20,000 nt of DNA from an uncultured virus (IMG/VR IMGVR_UViG_3300027906_004086) (Duplodnaviria; Heunggongvirae; Uroviricota; Caudoviricetes): IMG/VR virus record IMGVR_UViG_3300027906_004086. The stretch is one strand, 5' to 3'. Below are positions 1-8,349 of this stretch, one piece after another. Within the stretch, counting starts at the first letter, position 1. Each line of letters opens with the position of its first letter. The notes under the pieces were generated by a model. It did no database searches. It had not been told where the DNA came from and worked only from the letters and a program-made list of their open reading frames with translations. A program made the translations under genes and the position numbers.

Positions 1-9
1 CTCACTATT

Positions 10-20
10 TGTGGTATGAT
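10..20 (+). promoter_or_regulatory. Extended -10 promoter element (TGTGG-TATGAT); the -35 position lies outside the window
   Basis: Same TGTGG-TATRAT motif as at 3667 and 19935; lies 30 nt upstream of the ORF at 50. Confidence 0.5.
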
Positions 21-49
21 ATATTGTACTACAAGGTGAGGGTTTTTTT

Positions 50-526
50 ATGTATAAAGTTGGTCAAGTCCTTTTTATCATCCTGAATAAGAAACAACAA
101 GTTGTTCCGGTTCAAGTTACCGAGCAGGTTGTAAGAAGATCTCTAAACGGCGAAGAGATATCATATAGCGTTGCTGTTCCTGGGCGCGAAGATATGAAAA
201 ATATTGCTCTAGAGCAAATTGATGGTGAAGTATTTACTTCAATCGATAAGCTTAGAACCCAGATGTTTGAGCATGCATCTAGCGTAATTGACATGATTTC
301 GTCTAAGGCTGTTAACGTAGCTAAAAATAGATTTAACTATGATCCAGATGTCATTGTAAGTGATGATGCGTTGTCCGTCAGCGATGTGCTGGTTAAACAA
401 GAGCTAGCCCCTGATACCCAGCAACTGCCTGGGACACGAAATACTGACAATGAAAATTCTGTTAAGGTCGATTTAGGCGACGGCACTGTCGCAAACGTAA
501 AACTTCCAGAGATTCCAGGAGTGTAA
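50..526 (+). CDS. Hypothetical phage protein, 158 aa
   Basis: ORF preceded by AAGGTGAGG; N-terminal YKVGQVLF resembles an SH3-like start; no family recognised. Confidence 0.75.
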   Translation: MYKVGQVLFIILNKKQQVVPVQVTEQVVRRSLNGEEISYSVAVPGREDMKNIALEQIDGEVFTSIDKLRTQMFEHASSVIDMISSKAVNVAKNRFNYDPDVIVSDDALSVSDVLVKQELAPDTQQLPGTRNTDNENSVKVDLGDGTVANVKLPEIPGV

Positions 527-527
527 A

Positions 528-1322
528 TTGAAGGTATTATTACTAGATGCATATAATCTAATGTACAGGGCTAGGTATGGGTTTGGGAAAGGTGAACACT
601 CAACTATCTTTTCATTTTTTAGAAGCCTCCGCCCTTTGGTCGAGAAGTTCCAGCCTGATCAAGTGTACTTTGTTTTAGAGGGGTACCCTAAGAAAAGAAT
701 GGCACTCCTCCCAGAATACAAGGGAACCCGAGTATATGATGATAAAGATGATTTCCAGCGCCAGAAAAGGTATATCATTGATGTTATGAAGGAAAGCTTT
801 CCAGTACATGTTGTAAGGCATCCTGATTATGAATGTGATGACGTTATTGGCAATTTGGTAGTTCATACCCACAAGGACGATGAATGTATTGTCGTGTCAA
901 CTGATACTGACTTTATACAACTATATGATCAGGCTGACAATGTCAAGCTATATAACCCAGTACGGAAAAAGATCGTTGATTCTCCTGAGTTTGATTATGT
1001 TACATGGAAGGCTCTTAAGGGTGATGGATCTGATAACATTGAGGGTTTTAAGGGGATAGGTGATAAGCGTGCTACTGCGTTAGCTTTAGATGAAGTTATG
1101 CTTGAAGGATTTTTGGGGAAAGATGATAATCAATTATTTTTTGACAGAAACTACACGCTGATTAGGTTTCATGATCTAGAGTCTGAGCTAGCTAGTTTAG
1201 AAGAAAATCCACCAGTGGTTGATTGGGACAATGTTAGAGAGAAGTTTTCTGAACTAGGGTTTTATTCTATGACTAATGATAGGGCATGGAAGAAATATGT
1301 GGATACATTCCAGGATCTATAA
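528..1322 (+). CDS. 5'-3' exonuclease / flap endonuclease (T4 RNase H or PolI N-terminal-like)
   Basis: Motifs LLLDAYNLMYRA, YKGTR, ECDDVIG, VSTDTDFIQL, ALKGDGSDNIEGFKGIGDKRA (H3TH); TTG start. Confidence 0.92.
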   Translation: MKVLLLDAYNLMYRARYGFGKGEHSTIFSFFRSLRPLVEKFQPDQVYFVLEGYPKKRMALLPEYKGTRVYDDKDDFQRQKRYIIDVMKESFPVHVVRHPDYECDDVIGNLVVHTHKDDECIVVSTDTDFIQLYDQADNVKLYNPVRKKIVDSPEFDYVTWKALKGDGSDNIEGFKGIGDKRATALALDEVMLEGFLGKDDNQLFFDRNYTLIRFHDLESELASLEENPPVVDWDNVREKFSELGFYSMTNDRAWKKYVDTFQDL

Positions 1323-1357
1323 GTACATTTTATAAAATAACTAAAGGGGCAAAAACG

Positions 1358-1543
1358 ATGGAAAAACTAGTGTCAGGCCCGGACTTAGCCAAGCTCCGGA
1401 ATGATGGAATAATATCAAAGAACGAGATTGCGGTTATCATAGGTGATGTATTGGTTGCCGAGCATGTTATCACAAAGAACCGACGCGTCCTCGAGGCAGC
1501 AGGTACATTGTTGGAATCTAACAGAAGAATTTTGAGGGACTAA
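1358..1543 (+). CDS. Hypothetical protein, 61 aa (start reassigned to ATG 1358)
   Basis: AAAGGGG RBS before ATG 1358; TAATG coupling to groEL. Confidence 0.7.
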   Translation: MEKLVSGPDLAKLRNDGIISKNEIAVIIGDVLVAEHVITKNRRVLEAAGTLLESNRRILRD

Positions 1544-3180
1544 TGAGTGACGTAAACACGACTAAAGAGCTTCTTTTTGGGGCCGATGCAAGAGAAAAAA
1601 TCTTAGATGGTGTTGATACACTGGCTAATGCAGTTAAAGTAACAATGGGCCCTCGGGGCCAGAATGTTGTAATCGAACGTACCGGCCGAGCACCTCATCT
1701 TACTAAGGATGGGGTAACCGTAGCCAAGGCTGTTAATTTAAAGGGTCGTTTCGAGAACCTCGGTGTTCAAATGATCAAGGAGGCTGCTGCCAGAACCGCA
1801 GAGGTTGCAGGTGACGGTACGACCACAGCTACCGTCTTGTCTCAAGCGCTATATAGCGAAGGCCTAAAGATGATAGCCGCCGGATACTCTGCGACGGAAC
1901 TACAAAAGGGAATCGCTATCGGCACTGAGTTTGTAATGAACGCCCTCAAGGAATCTGCTGTCGATGTAACTAGCGATGCTGAAATTGTTCAGGTTGGCAC
2001 AATCTCAGCAAATGGTGACGCTGAAGTGGCCAGGCTGCTGTGCGAGGCCATGAATGAAGTAGGACGAGATGGAACTATCGCAGTGGAGGAAGCAAAGGGG
2101 TTTGATACAACCCTGGACGTCGTTGAAGGCATGGAGATTGATCGAGGTTTTACTTCACCTTATTTTATTAATGATCAAGGCCGAATGGCTTGTGTCCTTG
2201 AGTCCCCCTATGTACTATTAATTAATAAGAAACTAAGTACTCTTAAAGATTTGCTTCCGGTCTTAGAGCAAGTGCACCAGTCATCGAAGCCTCTGCTGAT
2301 TGTTGCAGATGACGTAGAGGGTGATGCGATGCAAGGCCTTGTTGTAAATTCCCTCAAGGGCTCGTTAAGTGTTTGTGCTATCCGCGCACCAGAGTTTGGA
2401 GCATCAAGAGTTGCTGCACTGGGAGATTTAGGGACAATGCTTGACTGTGAAGTATTATCTTCAGCGACATCTGATGAAGATCTCAAGGGCCTTACTATCG
2501 AAAGCTTGGGTAGGTGTAAGAAAGTAGTTGTTACCAAGTCTAGCACAACATTCATTGATTGTGCGGGTTCTGAAGACGCAGTGAAACATCGAATCGCTGA
2601 AATTAAGAAAACGCTAGATGATCCAACTGTCTCTGAGCAGGAAATGCAGGTGTCGTTACGTCGTCTTCATAGGCTAGCTGGAGGTGTCGCAGTGTTGCGG
2701 GTCGGCGCTGCAACCGAGGTTGCACTTAGAGAAAAAAAGGACAGGGTGGAGGATGCCCTGTGTGCAACTCAGGCTGCTGTCGAAGAAGGGATACTACCCG
2801 GCGGTGGCGTGGCCTTAGTTCGCGCTAGCAAGGTTCTTGATAAGATTAAGATAAGCAACGAGGTTGATGGTGTTGCTGTAGGTGTCGATGTTGTCCGTAG
2901 AGCATGCGCATACCCCCTCCGGCAAATTGTCGAAAATGCTGGAGGATCTCCCGAGGTTGTTTTTGAAAAAGTGAATCGCCTTCGAGGGAATAAGGGCTTC
3001 AACGCATATACACTGGAGTTTGTCGACATGTTAGACTCTGGGATTATTGATCCCCTTAAGGTAGTTAGATCTGCCTTAGAAAACGCTAGCGCCGTTGCAT
3101 GTAGCCTTTTGTCTGTCGGTTGCGCAATGGTAGAAGATAGCGACGTAGTAGAAGATTTTAACTTATTGACTTCACCCTAG
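1543..3180 (+). CDS. groEL: Chaperonin GroEL (Cpn60)
   Basis: AVKVTMGPRGQNV, TKDGVTVAK, AGDGTTTATVL, GGVAVLRVGAATEV, VEDALCATQAAVEEGILPGGG, GIIDPLKVVRSALENA; no GGM tail. Confidence 0.97.
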   Translation: MSDVNTTKELLFGADAREKILDGVDTLANAVKVTMGPRGQNVVIERTGRAPHLTKDGVTVAKAVNLKGRFENLGVQMIKEAAARTAEVAGDGTTTATVLSQALYSEGLKMIAAGYSATELQKGIAIGTEFVMNALKESAVDVTSDAEIVQVGTISANGDAEVARLLCEAMNEVGRDGTIAVEEAKGFDTTLDVVEGMEIDRGFTSPYFINDQGRMACVLESPYVLLINKKLSTLKDLLPVLEQVHQSSKPLLIVADDVEGDAMQGLVVNSLKGSLSVCAIRAPEFGASRVAALGDLGTMLDCEVLSSATSDEDLKGLTIESLGRCKKVVVTKSSTTFIDCAGSEDAVKHRIAEIKKTLDDPTVSEQEMQVSLRRLHRLAGGVAVLRVGAATEVALREKKDRVEDALCATQAAVEEGILPGGGVALVRASKVLDKIKISNEVDGVAVGVDVVRRACAYPLRQIVENAGGSPEVVFEKVNRLRGNKGFNAYTLEFVDMLDSGIIDPLKVVRSALENASAVACSLLSVGCAMVEDSDVVEDFNLLTSP

Positions 3181-3194
3181 CCTAGCGAGAAGTA

Positions 3195-3662
3195 ATGGTG
3201 TTTCCCTGTGATAGCGAGATCTTTGTACATGAAAGTGTACTAGGTTCTGATTTAGCTGCAGTGATTGTATATCCTGATTCACCTCAATATGAGGTGGCAA
3301 AACTTCAATTCGAAACCTCAGGGCATGCTTTTTTAATACATGAACAAAAGATGATAGTGGTAGACGGAGATGTCGTAAGACAAGATTGGTTTACTGGAGA
3401 GCATTTAGATGTCATTTTCGCACATGAACTTGGGCATTTTCTTGCTGAGCATGCAGTTAAGGAACATGGCAAGTCTCACTATGAAATCGAACGTGAAGCT
3501 GATTTTCTCGGTGCCTCTATACTTAAGAGCCTTGGCATGTTAAGCTCTTATAATCTTCATGCTCAAGAGTATGAGCTTCGGTATGGATCAACAGTCGATG
3601 AGGATTTTGATCTTTTAAGCAAAAAAGTTGGTTCTTTGATGCAAATATGTGCAAATGCTTGA
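3195..3662 (+). CDS. Putative zinc metallopeptidase (HExxH; M48/M78-like)
   Basis: FAHELGH followed by EREAD. Confidence 0.7.
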   Translation: MVFPCDSEIFVHESVLGSDLAAVIVYPDSPQYEVAKLQFETSGHAFLIHEQKMIVVDGDVVRQDWFTGEHLDVIFAHELGHFLAEHAVKEHGKSHYEIEREADFLGASILKSLGMLSSYNLHAQEYELRYGSTVDEDFDLLSKKVGSLMQICANA

Positions 3663-3677
3663 TGCCTGTGGTATAAT
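3649..3677 (+). promoter_or_regulatory. Promoter GTGCAA-N17-TATAAT with TG extension
   Basis: GTGCAA 3649-3654, TGTGG 3667-3671, TATAAT 3672-3677; same architecture at 9028 and 19917. Confidence 0.75.
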
Positions 3678-3703
3678 AGATACATAAGGTGGAAAGGAGA
3701 CTA

Positions 3704-3916
3704 ATGGATTATCGAATTCCGGATTTTATAATAGAGAAAATTAGGGAGGCAGAACGCCTCAAACGTGAGCGTGCTTATCGAAGGCCCCAGCTTGAGATTC
3801 CAGTACCTCCACCTATTCCCTATATGGATCCTCCTGATGATGAACCAGAGGTGTCAAGAGGCCCAATAATTATTGATTTAGATACATATGAAATAACAAA
3901 TGAGGATGAAGAATAG
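3704..3916 (+). CDS. Hypothetical Pro-rich, acidic-tailed protein (likely start ATG 3704)
   Basis: AGGAGA RBS before ATG 3704; PVPPPIPYMDPP segment; stop overlaps next start. Confidence 0.7.
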   Translation: MDYRIPDFIIEKIREAERLKRERAYRRPQLEIPVPPPIPYMDPPDDEPEVSRGPIIIDLDTYEITNEDEE

Positions 3917-4353
3917 TGAAGGTTTTATTTTTACATGGCCTGGAGTCTAAGCCCGGTGGGTCAAAGGCTCAATATTTAGAAGGTTTAGGACATACAGTTT
4001 TTAACCCGTTACTTCCAAGAGATAGCTTTGAAGAATCTGTTGATATAGCACAAGAATATATTGACAATGAATCTCCAGAAGTGATTGTCGGCTCTAGCCG
4101 AGGTGGCGCTGTCGCTATGTCTGTTGATCCTCGAGGCGCCAGGCTAGTCTTAATTGCTCCAGCATGGAAACGCTTTGACGTTAGCCCTAGAGTTCCTAGC
4201 AATACGACCATCCTACACTGTACCTCTGATGATCTTGTTTATTATGAAGACAGTGAGGATCTTGGTGTTGAAAATCTAATCCCTTGTGGCGAAAATCACC
4301 GAATGAGTGATGTCGACGCATTGGAAGCTTTGGGGAAGGCGGTTCAAAACTAA
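3916..4353 (+). CDS. Alpha/beta hydrolase (YqiA/UPF0227-like esterase)
   Basis: FLHGLES oxyanion motif, GSSRGG nucleophile elbow, DDLV Asp, NHRM His. Confidence 0.85.
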   Translation: MKVLFLHGLESKPGGSKAQYLEGLGHTVFNPLLPRDSFEESVDIAQEYIDNESPEVIVGSSRGGAVAMSVDPRGARLVLIAPAWKRFDVSPRVPSNTTILHCTSDDLVYYEDSEDLGVENLIPCGENHRMSDVDALEALGKAVQN

Positions 4354-4359
4354 CTAAAC

Positions 4360-4388
4360 TTGTACATTAGGGTGCATAAGAGTACATT
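4360..4388 (+). promoter_or_regulatory. Possible promoter TTGTAC-N17-TACATT
   Basis: 17-bp spacing; followed by ATATATGTTG like the 9051 and 19940 promoters, then a TGTTGC/GCAACA hairpin. Confidence 0.35.
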
Positions 4389-4437
4389 ATATATGTTGCT
4401 ATTTGCAACACAAGCAATTGTCCGAAACGAAACTTAA

Positions 4438-4788
4438 ATGGAGAATAAAGTGCAAAAGGACGCAAACAGCCAGGAATACAGGACTACATTCTATAACCAA
4501 GATATGCTTCAAGAGATGAATGATGATCGATTGGATGCGCTAAGAGGGATGCTTAAGGGAAAAATCATTTCCCTACAAAAGGAGAGTGCCCGAAAGAATG
4601 AAAAGCAGATTACCCACCTTCAAACTGAGTATGCATATGTATACCGAGAAATTGAGATCAGGCAAAACAGGAAGCGTATTCATGAAGAATACGTTCGCAA
4701 GATTAGAGGTAATCGCCCACAACGTCCTCAACGTCCAGGCCGGCCACGCCGGCCCGGGCACCATTCAAGCCGGAGAACGCAGCAATAG
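4438..4788 (+). CDS. Hypothetical coiled-coil protein with Arg/Pro-rich tail
   Basis: 116-aa ORF ending RPQRPQRPGRPRRPG. Confidence 0.7.
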   Translation: MENKVQKDANSQEYRTTFYNQDMLQEMNDDRLDALRGMLKGKIISLQKESARKNEKQITHLQTEYAYVYREIEIRQNRKRIHEEYVRKIRGNRPQRPQRPGRPRRPGHHSSRRTQQ

Positions 4789-4836
4789 ACAACTTTAGTA
4801 CAATAAACAATTAAGCAATTAAACATAGGAGCAAGT

Positions 4837-5631
4837 ATGAGTGAATTAGATACTCTTAAAGTATTTTTTAAAGATGTAGGTAAGACCAATCTTCTAACAA
4901 GGGATGAGGAAGTTTCTTTAGCAAAGAGAATTGAGGCCGGCGATAATCGTGCCCGAGATCGAATGATTTCTGCAAATATCCGGCTAGCCATCAGCATCGC
5001 AAAGAAGTATCAAAACAAGGGCTGTCCCCTTGAGGATTTAATCCAGGAAGCCAATATTGGCCTAATGAAGGCAGTTGATCGGTTCGATTGGCGCCGCGGG
5101 TTTAAGTTTTCGACATATGGATGCTGGTGGATTAAGCAAGCAGTAATGCGCCACCTCGCAACACACTCTTCTCAGATTCGCCTACCTTCTCATGCAAAAG
5201 GTATGTTGTGGCGTATGAAGAAGATATCTACAGAGTATGAGGAGACTTTCGGGGTAGCCCCGAATAATGCTGAGCTAGCGGAGCTGCTGGGGGTTACGAC
5301 TGAGACGATGCGTTCCATCGTGTTAGCAGCCTCAACCCCGGTCTCAATTGACGATAAGATTAAGTATAGTAGGGGCTCTGGTGGACCTTCGGAAGGTAGA
5401 TCCCTAGCCGATGTTATCCCAGATAATAATGCACGCCACCCCGGTGATCGTCTAGACAAAGAGAAGATTGTGGCAGCTATTCAACAATCTCTCCATACGC
5501 TATCAGAGCGTGAGGAAAAGATTATTCGGCTTCGTTTTGGGATTTCTGAGGATCCGCTGGATCATGGAAGTTTTCCCATTACTGAGAAAGAAGTAAAGAA
5601 CATTAAGAAAAATGCAATCACCATTAAATAA
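4837..5631 (+). CDS. RNA polymerase sigma-70 family factor (RpoD/RpoS-like regions 1.2 to 4.1; region 4.2 absent)
   Basis: LLTRDEEVSLAKRI, ANIRLAISIAKKY, DLIQEANIGLMKAVDRFDWRRGFKFSTYGCWWIKQA, LSEREEKIIRLRFG; AGGAG RBS. Confidence 0.93.
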   Translation: MSELDTLKVFFKDVGKTNLLTRDEEVSLAKRIEAGDNRARDRMISANIRLAISIAKKYQNKGCPLEDLIQEANIGLMKAVDRFDWRRGFKFSTYGCWWIKQAVMRHLATHSSQIRLPSHAKGMLWRMKKISTEYEETFGVAPNNAELAELLGVTTETMRSIVLAASTPVSIDDKIKYSRGSGGPSEGRSLADVIPDNNARHPGDRLDKEKIVAAIQQSLHTLSEREEKIIRLRFGISEDPLDHGSFPITEKEVKNIKKNAITIK

Positions 5632-5646
5632 TTAAGGAGTTAATTT

Positions 5647-5985
5647 ATGAGTATGCCAAAAGGATATAAGAGCGATCAGGGATATGCAACAGTTAGTGGC
5701 GAGGGCGGCGGTATGGATTACCGAGCTATCGCAGAATTGATGTCTGAAGAGGGTCATAAGATGAATCATGCTACCGCAAGGAATATTTTCCTTCGGGCTA
5801 TGAAGAAGCTAGCCCAACCTGTATGCGAGCTGTATGGGGTTGATACCGAACCAGCAAAACTAGACCAGCTATCTCGTGATCCGAGATTCCAGTCTAGCAT
5901 GATTGAAGTAGTTACAGACATTTATGCTAGTGAGAAAGAAGAGAGAAATCGCTCTACCAGCCCGTCAATTAGCATTGACATCTAG
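5647..5985 (+). CDS. HTH protein resembling sigma region 4.2
   Basis: MDYRAIAELM...NHATARNIFLRAMKKL parallels the TLEEIG...TRERVRQIE.KALRKL pattern; own AAGGAG RBS. Confidence 0.6.
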   Translation: MSMPKGYKSDQGYATVSGEGGGMDYRAIAELMSEEGHKMNHATARNIFLRAMKKLAQPVCELYGVDTEPAKLDQLSRDPRFQSSMIEVVTDIYASEKEERNRSTSPSISIDI

Positions 5986-5997
5986 GAGTAAACACTA

Positions 5998-6417
5998 ATG
6001 ATTATTACATGGACAAACTATTTGGCTCGCCGCAAGATCGGGTTGGATGATATTGTTAAAGCATATGGGTATGACTATGCACAACTATCCTCATATTTTC
6101 TTAATCTAGGGGTTACAGTACCTGACCGCGACGAGCCCATGGTGATCGAATTATTTGGCCCGCCACCCTCAGGCGCTGGTACAACACCGCAGTCACCAAC
6201 CAACCCACCTCCCAAAGCTGTACAGCCTCCGAAGCCAAGGAAGAAGGTTGACGCTAGCATGAAGGACACTAAGAAGACCCTTTTAAAGTTAGCGTCTTCT
6301 CTTAACCTTGATGCTAATGATAAAATGACTAAGTCAAGTATCCTGGATGTGCTTTCATCATCTGAGAAGGTTAACATCATCAAGATCAAGACGGCTAGGA
6401 AAAATAGTAAGGGGTAG
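5998..6417 (+). CDS. Hypothetical protein with Pro-rich linker and C-terminal Rho_N/HeH-like domain
   Basis: TKKTLLKLASSLNL...MTKSSILDVL pattern; AGGAG RBS. Confidence 0.6.
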   Translation: MIITWTNYLARRKIGLDDIVKAYGYDYAQLSSYFLNLGVTVPDRDEPMVIELFGPPPSGAGTTPQSPTNPPPKAVQPPKPRKKVDASMKDTKKTLLKLASSLNLDANDKMTKSSILDVLSSSEKVNIIKIKTARKNSKG

Positions 6418-6418
6418 T

Positions 6419-6679
6419 ATGCGCATGTCGGCGTCCAAGATTCCCCAGACAGAAGAGCGATTAGTAACACTCCACCCCGGCCGGTACTGGAAGGTAAGCT
6501 CTAAAGGTTTAGGCTCAAGTTCAAGGGTTACTATTTGTGAACCGACTAATGCACTATTACTAGAGTTCCAAGGGTACCATGATAAAATGCATAACAATAG
6601 GGTGGAAGCCTGGCATGCGTTAGTTCATGGGCATGTATTGTTAGTCTGGGAGTCTAGCTTTAAGAAGAGGGGCGCATAA
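6419..6679 (+). CDS. Hypothetical protein, 86 aa (start reassigned to ATG 6419)
   Basis: AAGGGG RBS; starts just after the upstream stop codon. Confidence 0.6.
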   Translation: MRMSASKIPQTEERLVTLHPGRYWKVSSKGLGSSSRVTICEPTNALLLEFQGYHDKMHNNRVEAWHALVHGHVLLVWESSFKKRGA

Positions 6680-6680
6680 C

Positions 6681-6857
6681 ATGTTTTCGAAGTTGATCCC
6701 GCCATGGGCATGGGTTTCGTTAGTCATTGCAAATTGTTTAATGGGGTTTGCCAATATTATTTCCGGCAATCATGAGTTAATGACAATCAACTTCCTATCA
6801 GCCGGCTGCTGCCTTCTTGGGTATATATCAATCACAAAAATTAATAAGGGAGATTAA
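6681..6857 (+). CDS. Small membrane protein, 58 aa, two hydrophobic segments (not in ORF track)
   Basis: Manual translation MFSKLIPPWAWVSLVIANCLMGFANIISGNHELMTINFLSAGCCLLGYISITKINKGD; GAGGGG RBS; fills the gap between neighbours exactly. Confidence 0.65.
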   Translation: MFSKLIPPWAWVSLVIANCLMGFANIISGNHELMTINFLSAGCCLLGYISITKINKGD

Positions 6858-6858
6858 A

Positions 6859-7551
6859 ATGGCATTTCGTAATGTGCTTTCATGGCCCAACCCAGCATTA
6901 AAGAAAAAGTCTGAGGGTGTGGAGCTATTCGATACAAACTTAGCTGAACTAGCAAAAGATATGTTCGACACACTAAACGTAGTTACCGGTGTCGGTATTG
7001 CAGCACCTCAAATTGGTGTGCATAAGAGGTGTGTTATTATTGACACTTCGCAGTGTGATTTGGAAAACCCCGTTAAGAGTGAGGGCTTACCTGAGAATAT
7101 CTTAGCCCTCGTCAATCCGACTATCGAGCTATCTGGCCCTAAACATAAGTGGGTTGAAGCATGTCTCTCTGTACCAGATTCACGTGGTCATGTTGAAAGA
7201 AGTCAGTATGCTGAAGTATCATTCCAATCGCTTGACGGTAGTAAGCACACTATCAATTTAGACTGGCCGGCATCAGGTGTGTTTCAACATGAGATTGATC
7301 ATTTGGATGGTATTCTATATGTTGATCGGATGAATCGGCTGTCGAGGGATATGCTGCTTAAGAAAATAACTAAAAAGCGAAAACGGATGGAGAAATTTAG
7401 TAAGCTTATGAAGGAGCAAGAGGCTAGGGAACTAGCAGGCATCGATGGTGCTACTTCTCCAGAAAAGAAAGCAAGGACCTCAAACACCAAGAAGCGCAAG
7501 AAGCGCGCTCCTAAAAAGAATCATCTAAATAAAAAGAGGCGGAAAAAGTGA
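6859..7551 (+). CDS. def: Peptide deformylase with long Lys/Arg-rich C-terminal tail
   Basis: GVGIAAPQIG, EACLS (EGCLS variant), QHEIDHLDG; AAGGGAG RBS before ATG 6859. Confidence 0.95.
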   Translation: MAFRNVLSWPNPALKKKSEGVELFDTNLAELAKDMFDTLNVVTGVGIAAPQIGVHKRCVIIDTSQCDLENPVKSEGLPENILALVNPTIELSGPKHKWVEACLSVPDSRGHVERSQYAEVSFQSLDGSKHTINLDWPASGVFQHEIDHLDGILYVDRMNRLSRDMLLKKITKKRKRMEKFSKLMKEQEARELAGIDGATSPEKKARTSNTKKRKKRAPKKNHLNKKRRKK

Positions 7552-7832
7552 AAAACTACGAAGAGATTGGGACACAAATTGGAAAATTAGTCCAGGAGAA
7601 AAATGAAGCTTACGGTGATTCGTTTGGGCAGGCTTGCAGGATTCTTGAAGTCCTTTACCCGTCCGGGATTAAGCCAGATCAATACCGCGATGCTTTAGCA
7701 ATCACTCGAGTTATTGACAAACTGTTTCGATTGGCAAATAAGAAAGATGCATTTGGCGAAAGTCCATGGAGAGATATCTGCGGGTATGCGATTCTTGGTG
7801 TGGCCAATGATGAAAATAATAATTGTGCGTAG
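7548..7832 (+). CDS. DUF1599 / nucleotide-modification-associated domain 1-like protein
   Basis: KNEAYGDSF...RVIDKLFRL...WRDICGYAIL pattern; GTGA overlap with def. Confidence 0.7.
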   Translation: MKNYEEIGTQIGKLVQEKNEAYGDSFGQACRILEVLYPSGIKPDQYRDALAITRVIDKLFRLANKKDAFGESPWRDICGYAILGVANDENNNCA

Positions 7833-7909
7833 AAAAGAATTTACACATAGCAACCTAATAAGTACAAACGCAACTAACGATTGCATATTTTGTACAAAGG
7901 AGCTATATT

Positions 7910-8116
7910 ATGTATGATGATTCTATGGAAATGATTGAAATAACAATTGATGAATATGAAAATCTGAAAGACAAACTTTCAGAGTATGCAGAACTATTAG
8001 AACAACTAACTTCTGTATACGAGGCACTTACCACTGATCTTTTAGAGATTGGTGAAATTGAATTAGACGAAGTCTTAGAGCAATGCCAAAAGACATACTC
8101 AGAACAATTTGAATAA
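7910..8116 (+). CDS. Highly acidic hypothetical protein, 68 aa
   Basis: AAGGAG RBS; Glu/Asp-rich helical sequence. Confidence 0.7.
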   Translation: MYDDSMEMIEITIDEYENLKDKLSEYAELLEQLTSVYEALTTDLLEIGEIELDEVLEQCQKTYSEQFE

Positions 8117-8124
8117 AGGGATAC

Positions 8125-8349
8125 ATGATCTGGACTGCAATATCATTTAACTGGTCAACATCTTTAACTAGTGCGAATATATTTTTATCTAACCATGATA
8201 GGCATACAGCACTAAAGAAGTTTGCCGACACCTTTCCAGGTGAAGTGATACTTGCACTTATAGCCGGTGATCATGTTACTAAAACTTCGACATTTCCCCT
8301 GACGGCACCTGGATTTAATAATAGACAACCACTGGAGAGTGATAAATGA
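8125..8349 (+). CDS. Hypothetical protein, 74 aa
   Basis: AAGGGA RBS; ATGA overlap with next gene. Confidence 0.6.
   Translation: MIWTAISFNWSTSLTSANIFLSNHDRHTALKKFADTFPGEVILALIAGDHVTKTSTFPLTAPGFNNRQPLESDK

Noticed and set aside
1358..1543. GroES upstream of groEL
   Set aside because: Too short; no PLxDRV or mobile-loop GGI motif
4837..5985. Sigma factor as a frameshifted pseudogene
   Set aside because: Downstream ORF has its own strong RBS and extra N- and C-terminal sequence; sigma core motifs are intact
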